Shown here: positions 40,223 to 47,554 of the stretch, in pieces
Position numbering within the stretch: the first letter of the stretch is position 1
How the letters are laid out: each line of letters opens with the position of its first letter
Virus record (IMG/VR): IMGVR_UViG_3300025671_011049
Span: 1 to 47,554 of that record
Length of the DNA stretch: 47,554 bases
From: a virus
Taxonomy: Duplodnaviria; Caudoviricetes
Direction: 5' to 3' (one strand)
Program-made: the position numbers and the translations under genes
Notes under the pieces: model-generated
Databases searched by the model: none
What the model was told of the DNA's origin: nothing
What the model saw: the letters and a program-made list of their open reading frames with translations, nothing else

Positions 40223-40707
40223 TTTTTACTCCCTATTTACTCCCAATGTTCTTTTTATTTTGGGGTACTGGTTATTTTGCTCCTAAACCTGAAGGTGAAA
40301 TGAGAGTCGAACCAGTGTATATAGAACCTATACAAGTAGAATATATTGAACCTACTTGTATCACAGATGCTTTAATTCAAGTTGAAAGTAGTGGAAGGGA
40401 TAGTGCTTATAATGCTAAAGAGGATGCTGTTGGTTGTTTACAAATTAGACCTATTATGGTTAGAGAAGTAAATAGAATTTTACGTAAACAGGGTAAAGAA
40501 CATAGGTTTGAGTTAGAGGATAGATGGGATAGGCAATTATCACTTGAAATGTTCCGTATTTGGAGAGAATACCATCATCCTAATAGTACAGATGAGGTAA
40601 TTAGTAGGAACTGGAATGGTGGGCCTAAAGGTTATAAGAAAGAATCAACACTCAAATACTGGAGGAAAGTAAAAGGACATATATTTATAACAAAATCTCA
40701 AAAATGA
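40219..40707 (+). CDS. Lysozyme-like / SLT lytic transglycosylase with N-terminal hydrophobic anchor
   Basis: ALIQVESSG, AVGCLQI, WNGGP, YWRKV. Confidence 0.85.
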   Translation: MIFTPYLLPMFFLFWGTGYFAPKPEGEMRVEPVYIEPIQVEYIEPTCITDALIQVESSGRDSAYNAKEDAVGCLQIRPIMVREVNRILRKQGKEHRFELEDRWDRQLSLEMFRIWREYHHPNSTDEVISRNWNGGPKGYKKESTLKYWRKVKGHIFITKSQK

Positions 40708-41315
40708 AAGAATTAAATACATTTAGAACATTCTTAAAAGAAGAACAAGAAATGGATTTGGGTTTTGATACTCAAATTAAAAAATTACCTAACAAACCAG
40801 GTGTTTTATTACATGAGTTGGTTACTATTGGTGTATTTGATGTTAGAGATAGAAAAGGAATTGAATTACAACCTTATCATTTAATTTTTGGAGATAGTAG
40901 TTTAGCTATTTTTGATGCTTTTGATACTGATAATTTAGCAGGTTTAACGAGACAAGGTGCTGAGGAACATATAGCTAAAATGCAGGCTGAGGGGAAAACG
41001 GAAAGAGATGATGCCTATATGGGTGGGTTAACTAATTTTTATGGTGACCAACTATTCGAATTTATAAACGTAGAAAGAGCATCAGCCCCAGGACAGGTGC
41101 ACCGACTTTTACCTCACGAATCACTTCACGTAACTCGCTATTTAATTACATTAGCTGAGAATGAGTGGATGAGAAATAATTTAAATACTGATAAGTGGTG
41201 GGAGGATGAAAGAGCAGTAATGGTTGATTTAATCAACGATAATGAAGAGTATTTTGCAGAAGTACTCGAACGTACTACAGCTATCGCATATGCAGGTTGG
41301 AGTAAAATAAAATAG
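40704..41315 (+). CDS. Protein with capsid-targeting-like leader and an HExxH zincin motif
   Basis: MKELNTFRTFLKE; PHESLH...NEEYFAE. Confidence 0.65.
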   Translation: MKELNTFRTFLKEEQEMDLGFDTQIKKLPNKPGVLLHELVTIGVFDVRDRKGIELQPYHLIFGDSSLAIFDAFDTDNLAGLTRQGAEEHIAKMQAEGKTERDDAYMGGLTNFYGDQLFEFINVERASAPGQVHRLLPHESLHVTRYLITLAENEWMRNNLNTDKWWEDERAVMVDLINDNEEYFAEVLERTTAIAYAGWSKIK

Positions 41316-41373
41316 GGCGTCATATTAAAGTCATACAAAAATTTGGGGTCTGGAGGGGACTTTCGTATCTTTA
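41316..41373 (+). promoter_or_regulatory. Early-type promoter with a tandem GTCAT-N6-GTCAT box
   Basis: GGCGTCATATTAAAGTCATA, then TTTGG-N17-CGTATCTTTA. Confidence 0.8.
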
Positions 41374-41422
41374 CAGGGTAAGGTTGCGAACGAGTCAAGA
41401 CCGATCATTCAAATTAATTAAA

Positions 41423-41653
41423 ATGTCTAACACCCGTTACACAGAGGGTTATTTGCCCAAGATTGCTTATCACATGTTTAAAAACAACTTTGATAAGATG
41501 ATGTATTTTTATGATCGTCAAATCGAGAAGTATGGTGAGATGACAAATGCTCAAAAGGAGCGTGTCACTGAACTTCACAATGAGTTGGTTATGGATCAAG
41601 CAGTTCAAGAAGCTCAAGATAATTTCATTACTGATTTTAGTTTGCCAATTTAA
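41423..41653 (+). CDS. Hypothetical protein
   Basis: ATG 41423 after an AATTAAA leader. Confidence 0.7.
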   Translation: MSNTRYTEGYLPKIAYHMFKNNFDKMMYFYDRQIEKYGEMTNAQKERVTELHNELVMDQAVQEAQDNFITDFSLPI

Positions 41654-41806
41654 TTATGATGGAAGATAAAGAAATTAAGCAAATGATTTTAGATGAGTGT
41701 AATCAAACACTTAATAAAATCGATAAGATTAGAGAAGAAAAAGGTGATCGTTATGCAGTTGGTTACCTTAAAGCAAGTTTAAAATTCATTAAATCTATTA
41801 CAGATA

Positions 41807-41992
41807 ATGCCTAATATGAGTTACTGCCGTTTTGAGAATACAATGGATGATCTTAGAGATTGTTTACGTCACATTACTCGTAAAGCGGAAAATAATTTTG
41901 ATGAACAAGCACGTCAATCAATGATTGCTTTGTTTGATGAAGTTGCCACTGATTGGGATGGTGATGTTGTTAAATTTGCTCTAAACCTTTAA
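41807..41992 (+). CDS. Hypothetical phage protein
   Basis: MPNMSYCRFENT..DLRDC. Confidence 0.7.
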   Translation: MPNMSYCRFENTMDDLRDCLRHITRKAENNFDEQARQSMIALFDEVATDWDGDVVKFALNL

Positions 41993-41997
41993 AAAAC

Positions 41998-42369
41998 ATG
42001 TCAACTTTATTAGTTATAATAGCAAGCATTTTTAATTCCATTATGGATGTATTATCATTTAGATATAATACCAGTATTTTCAGTAACCATCCTAAATGGA
42101 AGCAATATTTAGATCCTAGTGTATCTTGGAAAAATAAATATAAAAATGGAGACCCATCTCAAGGACCTAGGTTTTTTGGTTCTGAAACGTTTTTGGTATT
42201 TTTAACAGATGGATGGCATCTATCTAAAACGTTAATGATTTTATGTTTTTCGGGAGCAATTGTTAGTTATACTCCATTACTAGGGACTTGGTTAGATGTA
42301 GTACTATTTTACACTTTATTTGGTACAGTGTTTCAATTATTTTTTGGCAAAATTCTTATTAAAAAATGA
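41998..42369 (+). CDS. Membrane protein
   Basis: SWKNKY..GD, FLVFLTDGWHL and TM segments. Confidence 0.7.
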   Translation: MSTLLVIIASIFNSIMDVLSFRYNTSIFSNHPKWKQYLDPSVSWKNKYKNGDPSQGPRFFGSETFLVFLTDGWHLSKTLMILCFSGAIVSYTPLLGTWLDVVLFYTLFGTVFQLFFGKILIKK

Positions 42370-42713
42370 ACGAGAATATTTTACACAAAAACCTTATTCG
42401 GTTAGCGATATTTGTTTTATCACTAACGGCGTTTACAATGTGGTTTAGTAAAGTAACGGCTCAAACCATTTTTGTAACTGATAATCCCTATAATGCTGAT
42501 TTTATCTGTTATGTTACTAATAATCGTTTTGAAGCTGATTGGTCAATTTATATGACTAATAACAGATACGATGCTGGTGATGGTAGGTGGTTTGAAGTAA
42601 ACAGTAGATATGATGCTGATTATGTAGTATATTTTACAGATAATAAATTTATTTCAAATTACATCATATTTAAGACACGCAATAGATATTTAACTAATTT
42701 TAACCCACAATGA
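42366..42713 (+). CDS. Secreted small repeat protein (DUF6150-like)
   Basis: Signal peptide ending in TA-Q; repeats of (Y/F)VT-N-x-(Y/F)-x-AD. Confidence 0.6.
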   Translation: MNENILHKNLIRLAIFVLSLTAFTMWFSKVTAQTIFVTDNPYNADFICYVTNNRFEADWSIYMTNNRYDAGDGRWFEVNSRYDADYVVYFTDNKFISNYIIFKTRNRYLTNFNPQ

Positions 42714-42905
42714 ATTTAGAAGATTTATACGATTTGATTGATGAACTACTTACTGTAGACATGGTAACAGATGCTGAATTAGGCATGCACGTAAGGAAAT
42801 GGTATGAAAAACAAAACCAGAATGATGATGATGAATGGGAAGATTTGATGAGTGAGGAAATGGATTGGGGAGATGATGATTGGGATTAAAATAAAATAAA
42901 ATAAA

Positions 42906-43109
42906 ATGGCAAAATTAAGAAAACTAGTCACTTACACTGACTACCGATGGGAAGAAACCGAAGAACTAACTCCCGAACAATTAAAGAAATGGAAATCAGG
43001 AGACGAAACATTACAAGAAGAAGTAATGGATGAAGTCGAATTCGAATTAGTGAACGATAAAGTTCTCGAAGACCATGAATGGCCCGAACTCATAGAGGAG
43101 GAGGAGTGA
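42906..43109 (+). CDS. Small acidic hypothetical protein
   Basis: ORF track. Confidence 0.65.
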   Translation: MAKLRKLVTYTDYRWEETEELTPEQLKKWKSGDETLQEEVMDEVEFELVNDKVLEDHEWPELIEEEE

Positions 43110-43142
43110 TGATGAATGTGACGGATAATAATCCAGCGACGG

Positions 43143-43493
43143 ATGAATAATACAATCGAATTGATACGTGGAATATTCCTATTTCTATTAGGACAATCTA
43201 TAGTGTGGTATCAAACCCATGGATTCCTATTAAGCGATTGGATCAAGGAACGTCCACTGACAATGTCGCTGCTGGGTATTCCAATATCATATGTGTATAT
43301 TTATGCGACGAAAGATCTAGTAAATGCCTTCAATGGTGATCTATGGCCTCAACGGCTAATTGGTTTCTCGATGGGGATGATTGCGTTTGCGTTTTTAACG
43401 TGGATACATTTTCATCAAGCAATTACACTTAAAACAGCAGTGACGCTGGCGCTTGCAACAGCAATCGTTGTTATCCAAATTGTATGGAAGTAA
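43143..43493 (+). CDS. Four-TM small membrane protein (DMT/SMR-like size)
   Basis: Four hydrophobic helices in 116 aa. Confidence 0.65.
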   Translation: MNNTIELIRGIFLFLLGQSIVWYQTHGFLLSDWIKERPLTMSLLGIPISYVYIYATKDLVNAFNGDLWPQRLIGFSMGMIAFAFLTWIHFHQAITLKTAVTLALATAIVVIQIVWK

Positions 43494-43560
43494 ATAAACC
43501 ATACAAAGCGAATAACTAAGATAATCCAACAGGATTATTTAAAACAATCACTTAACCAAA

Positions 43561-43725
43561 ATGATTAACATGAGACAAAAACTGACAATTTTAGGGGAAG
43601 AACCTATGAATTGGATGGTGAGGGATGAGAATGGGAATGAGGGACAATTGCCTGTCGAACGTTTGACAAACTATGTGAGAGTGGACAACACATTGATACC
43701 CAAAAGCGATGTGGAATGGCTTTAA
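43561..43725 (+). CDS. Small hypothetical protein (54 aa), not in the ORF track
   Basis: MINMRQKLTILGEEP...DVEWL*. Confidence 0.45.
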   Translation: MINMRQKLTILGEEPMNWMVRDENGNEGQLPVERLTNYVRVDNTLIPKSDVEWL

Positions 43726-43881
43726 TGTATAGTATGTGAAATGAACCGAGTGCGGTATAGGATATGGGAGGGTTGAACCTAACACCCTCCCCTCCGCGCA
43801 CGCACGTTCACTTGGTCGAAAAATATATATCTTTTTGAACAAATTGCCCTCCGCGATGTTCACGCCTTTCTTGCGGGAGAA

Positions 43882-43913
43882 TGTGGGATTCCGGGATTCC
43901 GTTCGTATATTCA
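43882..43913 (+). promoter_or_regulatory. Early-type promoter (family copy)
   Basis: TGTGG-N17-CGTATATTCA-TGGGGTAA. Confidence 0.8.
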
Positions 43914-43950
43914 TGGGGTAATGATGCGAGAGCACAAAAACCCAATTAAA

Positions 43951-44280
43951 ATGAATGATTTGTTTAAATTTTTGATTAACACCGCCCAAAAGCGAGTTGA
44001 TGCGTTAGGTATTGATGTGAAAGTTGGTGTTGATCGTGATGATGAGACGGGTCGAACATATCTTACTGGAACATTCATCCAGCGTTTGAAGTTTAAGGGG
44101 ATGGATGAGTTGTTCGTTAATGAAGCCATGTTGACGGAGGAGATTTATCGTGGTGATCAGGAAATGGCGCTCAAATTGTTCATGGGTTATTTCAGCCCGA
44201 ACCGAGTTGCCCATATGAAGGCGACGGATGAGCAATTGATGGCTTACGAAGGTCATCCAGATGAATTTCCGATTGCATAA
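43951..44280 (+). CDS. Hypothetical protein
   Basis: ATG 43951 after an AACCCAATTAAA leader. Confidence 0.7.
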   Translation: MNDLFKFLINTAQKRVDALGIDVKVGVDRDDETGRTYLTGTFIQRLKFKGMDELFVNEAMLTEEIYRGDQEMALKLFMGYFSPNRVAHMKATDEQLMAYEGHPDEFPIA

Positions 44281-44296
44281 AAACGTCATGCGAGGG

Positions 44297-44328
44297 TTTG
44301 GACCCCGAGACCCTCGTTCGTATATTCA
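44297..44328 (+). promoter_or_regulatory. Early-type promoter (family copy) overlapping a hairpin
   Basis: TTTGG-N17-CGTATATTCA-TGGGGTAA; CGAGGGT/ACCCTCG inverted repeat. Confidence 0.8.
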
Positions 44329-44369
44329 TGGGGTAAGGTTGAGAAAGAAACATTAAAACCCAATTAAAA

Positions 44370-45107
44370 ATGTTGCAAGTTAAAGTTACCAAAATGAACG
44401 ATTTGAAATTCGAGAAGAATTTGTTCGTTCCGTTAAAAACAGGTCGTAAAATCGACGAGTTTTATAGTGCTGAAGGTGGTGTTATGCCTGGCACTAACAC
44501 AGTGATTACAGGTGATCCAGGTGTTGGTAAAACAACCGTGTTGCTCGATTTGATTGCCGACATGAATAATAAAGGCAAGCGTGTGTTATTCGTTTCAGGT
44601 GAGATGAACCAGATTGACATGGTTGGTTATGTTCGTCGATTCCCTAAGTTTGGTGATGTGCCGATTTTGTTTATGGGTGATCAAGCGGATGAGGATCCAC
44701 TTGAAGTATTGCGTGGTGCGTTTGAGGAGGGATATGATTGTGTGTTGATTGATTCGATTGCTGAGGTAGCAGTTATGATTCAAGATTATTACGGTGGCAC
44801 TTATAAGGGTGCGACGACAAAGCTCCTGACATTGCTCGAAGAGCAAAACATGGGTGAGAATAAGCGTGGGATTAATTCGGCGTTTCTATTAATCCAGCAA
44901 GTAACCAAATCAGGAACGTTCGCTGGTTCAAATCGAATCAAGCACATGACCACAGCAATGGGTCATTTGAAATTCGATGGTGATGGAAATCGTTACCTCG
45001 CATTTAGTAAGAACCGTCGCGGTGGAAACATGAATAAATTTTATTTCAATTTCAACACCAAAAATTATGTTAATTGGTTGTATGAAGGTTCCGCAAATGA
45101 AGAATAA
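44370..45107 (+). CDS. RadA/Sms-like RecA-family ATPase (ATPase domain only)
   Basis: Walker A GDPGVGKT, LFVSGE, Walker B LIDSI, QVTKSG.FAG...KHM, and KNRRG (cf. RadA KNRFG). Confidence 0.82.
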   Translation: MLQVKVTKMNDLKFEKNLFVPLKTGRKIDEFYSAEGGVMPGTNTVITGDPGVGKTTVLLDLIADMNNKGKRVLFVSGEMNQIDMVGYVRRFPKFGDVPILFMGDQADEDPLEVLRGAFEEGYDCVLIDSIAEVAVMIQDYYGGTYKGATTKLLTLLEEQNMGENKRGINSAFLLIQQVTKSGTFAGSNRIKHMTTAMGHLKFDGDGNRYLAFSKNRRGGNMNKFYFNFNTKNYVNWLYEGSANEE

Positions 45108-45120
45108 AAGTTTTTAATTG

Positions 45121-45343
45121 GGTGATGGGTGGGTAATGCCAACGGGCAGCCCACCCATTTATTACCGGCGGGGTGCCGCCGTACGTACGGCGTACCGACC
45201 ACGGGCCCCACACGCGCTGATATCCATCGACGGGCGTCATACGGGGGTAGTAATTACGGGGGATTTAGAGAGCGTAAATAACTATAGTGGGTCGACAAAG
45301 TATATACAAATATCCCACACCTCACCACATCTCATGTGGATAA
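45121..45343. other. GC-rich structured non-coding island (candidate origin, terminus or packaging site)
   Basis: Hairpin 45125-45158, 16-bp palindrome 45177-45192, five ACGGG repeats, DnaA-box match TGTGGATAA at 45335-45343. Confidence 0.5.
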
Positions 45344-45392
45344 CCTTACTATCCTTTAATATATTTATCGTCAAACATCCAACAGAAATAAA

Positions 45393-45629
45393 ATGGAAGA
45401 ACTAAGCACATTCAGAGAATTCCTTAAAGAGAATTCCAGAGAAGTTAAAGTAACCGATGAACATAAAGCAGAAATGCTAAGAGTAGCTCAAGATTTAGAA
45501 AATATTAGAAAAACCCATGATGGTGTAGAGGGGACTAGACTTTTAAATGCCAGAATGCAAGATAGAGATGTGCTTATAAAAGCAGCAATGGTCTTAAAAA
45601 ATCTAGTAGAACTTTCAAATAGAAAATAA
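45393..45629 (+). CDS. Small protein with capsid-targeting-like leader
   Basis: MEELSTFREFLKE; ATATTTAT at 45361. Confidence 0.7.
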   Translation: MEELSTFREFLKENSREVKVTDEHKAEMLRVAQDLENIRKTHDGVEGTRLLNARMQDRDVLIKAAMVLKNLVELSNRK

Positions 45630-45630
45630 A

Positions 45631-45963
45631 ATGGAAGAACTAACCAGATTCAGACAGTTCCTCGCAGAAGGACAAATCAACGAAAACGTTGAAAAAATCT
45701 TTAAAGACACCTATGATGGATATGCAGATGGCTTTCACGGTGATCCAGATGAAGTAAATACATTTGTATGGGATAAAGAGGAAGATTTTGAGGATGATAC
45801 GGTTGACAAATTTAATGCAATGCAAGATTACCTTAAAAAGAATAAACAATTCGTAGATACTTTCGAAATGGATGAAATTGGAAATTTTAAGGTTGTTTTC
45901 ACATTAACCCCTAATGGAGAAAATATTAAAATGACTTCGGGTCCCGCTTCAAAAATAAAATAA
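45631..45963 (+). CDS. Acidic protein with capsid-targeting-like leader
   Basis: MEELTRFRQFLAEGQINE. Confidence 0.72.
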   Translation: MEELTRFRQFLAEGQINENVEKIFKDTYDGYADGFHGDPDEVNTFVWDKEEDFEDDTVDKFNAMQDYLKKNKQFVDTFEMDEIGNFKVVFTLTPNGENIKMTSGPASKIK

Positions 45964-45967
45964 TAAC

Positions 45968-46402
45968 ATGAAAGAATTAAACAGATTTAGACAATTCCTC
46001 GCAGAAGGACAAATTAATGAAAATGACGAGGCACAACGTGATGCTTTAATGTCAGCCGTAAAAGGAGAGCACGCTAAAGATGTTATCGCAAGTGGTCAAT
46101 TCACCCGCGTATCACAATTTGGAAGTGGATATGACGCAAATCCACCAGTAAATGTAATGGATGAACTTAACGATGAGCTTATATACTATAAAACAGAAGA
46201 AGACAAAGATAGCGATGACTACGACGACCTTATGGATGATTTAGAAGCAGCAAAAGAAATTGCTGTTGCTGTTAAAAACATGGGAGGTGAAGTATCATAC
46301 GTAAGTAGAGGTGAAGGTGATACACCAGACCTTCATTTTGTTTACACAGTAAACGGTAAAGGTGATTTATTAGGACAAGCAGTATTAGGACCAAAAAAAT
46401 GA
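45968..46402 (+). CDS. Acidic protein with capsid-targeting-like leader
   Basis: MKELNRFRQFLAEGQINE. Confidence 0.72.
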   Translation: MKELNRFRQFLAEGQINENDEAQRDALMSAVKGEHAKDVIASGQFTRVSQFGSGYDANPPVNVMDELNDELIYYKTEEDKDSDDYDDLMDDLEAAKEIAVAVKNMGGEVSYVSRGEGDTPDLHFVYTVNGKGDLLGQAVLGPKK

Positions 46403-46411
46403 AATAATAAA

Positions 46412-47554
46412 ATGGCATATTACGAAGTAGAATTTATCACTATGGATGGCAATGAAGTCACTCGAGACTTCAAACATTTTAACGACGAAAACGAAGCCAA
46501 ACAATTTTTTAACGATCTTAAAAGTAATCCAGAAATTGTTAGGATTGAAAGAACCGAATTGTTTAAGGGCGACGGAAAAAACTACTTAGGTGGTTCGGAA
46601 GGAAGAGACCGCTTCGTAAATAAAGAACCAGAAATGCACCGTTTGTTTCTTAACTCTCGTTTAGGAGATAAGAGATTCGTTGATGAGGACTATTTTGCTT
46701 ACATGAAGAGAAAAAAACAAGCAAGAAACGAATTTTTACAACTAAACGAAATGAAACCAGGAGACGAACAAGATATAGCCCAAAAACGATTTGACCGTTT
46801 AACTAAAAGCGAACAAACTAAATTACTCCAAATTATGAAGATGGTGGATAGTGAAAAGAAAAAAACAACGAAAGAAGCAAAAGACGCATTTAGCGGGTAT
46901 TTTTCTAAAACTAACTTGGGTCAAATGATTATAGATGCCGAAGAAATTTTAGCTAGCGGTATGCAAAACGGAGAACCACTCGATAACGAAACAGAAATGT
47001 TGGTCCGCCAAGAATTAGAAAGATTAAAGCAATTGTATATCGATAACCATGGATATACAGGTATGATGGCTACAGCAGAACCCAATAATAAAAAGGAAAA
47101 AGTAATGAAATTCCTTAAATCTAAGAAAACATACAGAGAAAACATGAATTTAGAAAGTATATACGAGAATCTTAAAGAAAACGAAGGCCAGGGAAAAACT
47201 ATATCCTTATATCCGTTTTATAATGAAGAATTGGCTCAAAAGCTATTTGCTATGGGTATCAATGACGGATACGATTGGGATGATTTCTTAGTTAAAAAGT
47301 TGGGTGGATATTGGGAAGGCGATGCAGAAGGAGACGGTACTATGATGTACAACGTTCAAGAACCTTTATATAGCGAACTTAGAGATAAACTCAAAGTCTT
47401 GTTAAAGCGAATTATGACGGATACTTTAGAGGAAGGCCAACTCAATGAATGGACTTTAGGATACGATTACCCAAGCGATCCAGATGGTGAATGTGTATCT
47501 AATGGCTACGTAGATTTTGACATTACATTCGCAGTGAAAGGATGGCCTTCAGGT
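46412..47554 (+). CDS. Long modular protein, truncated by the window end (not in the ORF track)
   Basis: Open from ATG 46412 (MAYYEVEFITMDG...) to the end, 381 codons; internal QLNE, NLKE and LEEGQLNE linkers. Confidence 0.75.
   Translation, partial: MAYYEVEFITMDGNEVTRDFKHFNDENEAKQFFNDLKSNPEIVRIERTELFKGDGKNYLGGSEGRDRFVNKEPEMHRLFLNSRLGDKRFVDEDYFAYMKRKKQARNEFLQLNEMKPGDEQDIAQKRFDRLTKSEQTKLLQIMKMVDSEKKKTTKEAKDAFSGYFSKTNLGQMIIDAEEILASGMQNGEPLDNETEMLVRQELERLKQLYIDNHGYTGMMATAEPNNKKEKVMKFLKSKKTYRENMNLESIYENLKENEGQGKTISLYPFYNEELAQKLFAMGINDGYDWDDFLVKKLGGYWEGDAEGDGTMMYNVQEPLYSELRDKLKVLLKRIMTDTLEEGQLNEWTLGYDYPSDPDGECVSNGYVDFDITFAVKGWPSG

Noticed and set aside
45118-45405. 95-aa + strand ORF across the GC-rich island
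   Set aside because: TTG start and atypical composition; the open frame is explained by high GC, and the region is dominated by palindromes.

Overview
This is a 47.5-kb segment of a large, AT-rich (probably jumbo, T4-like or related myovirus) dsDNA phage. Essentially all genes are on the + strand. The host is probably a Bacteroidota (Flavobacteria-like), inferred from -33/-7 type promoters, A-rich leaders without Shine-Dalgarno sites, a PID-CTERM-like protein and lipoproteins. In order, the window holds: GroES-GroEL; clamp-loader subunits; a PD-(D/E)XK nuclease; a ~10-kb glycan-modification block (glycosyl-, methyl-, amino-, acetyl- and sulfotransferases); HNH and GH16 genes; a tRNA cluster; many small early genes; acidic proteins with a shared T4-like capsid-targeting leader; three DUF285/BspA-type repeat proteins with a common ~63-aa N-terminal module; an SLT-like muramidase; a stand-alone RadA/Sms-like ATPase; and a GC-rich structured non-coding island. 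The most notable observations are: (1) a D-armless, long-variable-arm tRNA-like gene with anticodon UAU, directly followed by an unexplained ~160-nt structured RNA; (2) a probable head-packaged cargo/polyprotein system with cassettes bounded by protease-site linkers and DNA direct repeats; (3) an 11-copy promoter family with exact spacing and an upstream Pho-box-like 11-bp tandem repeat; (4) a second, probably late, promoter motif ATATTTAT. All calls come from reading the sequence by eye; no database searches were run.
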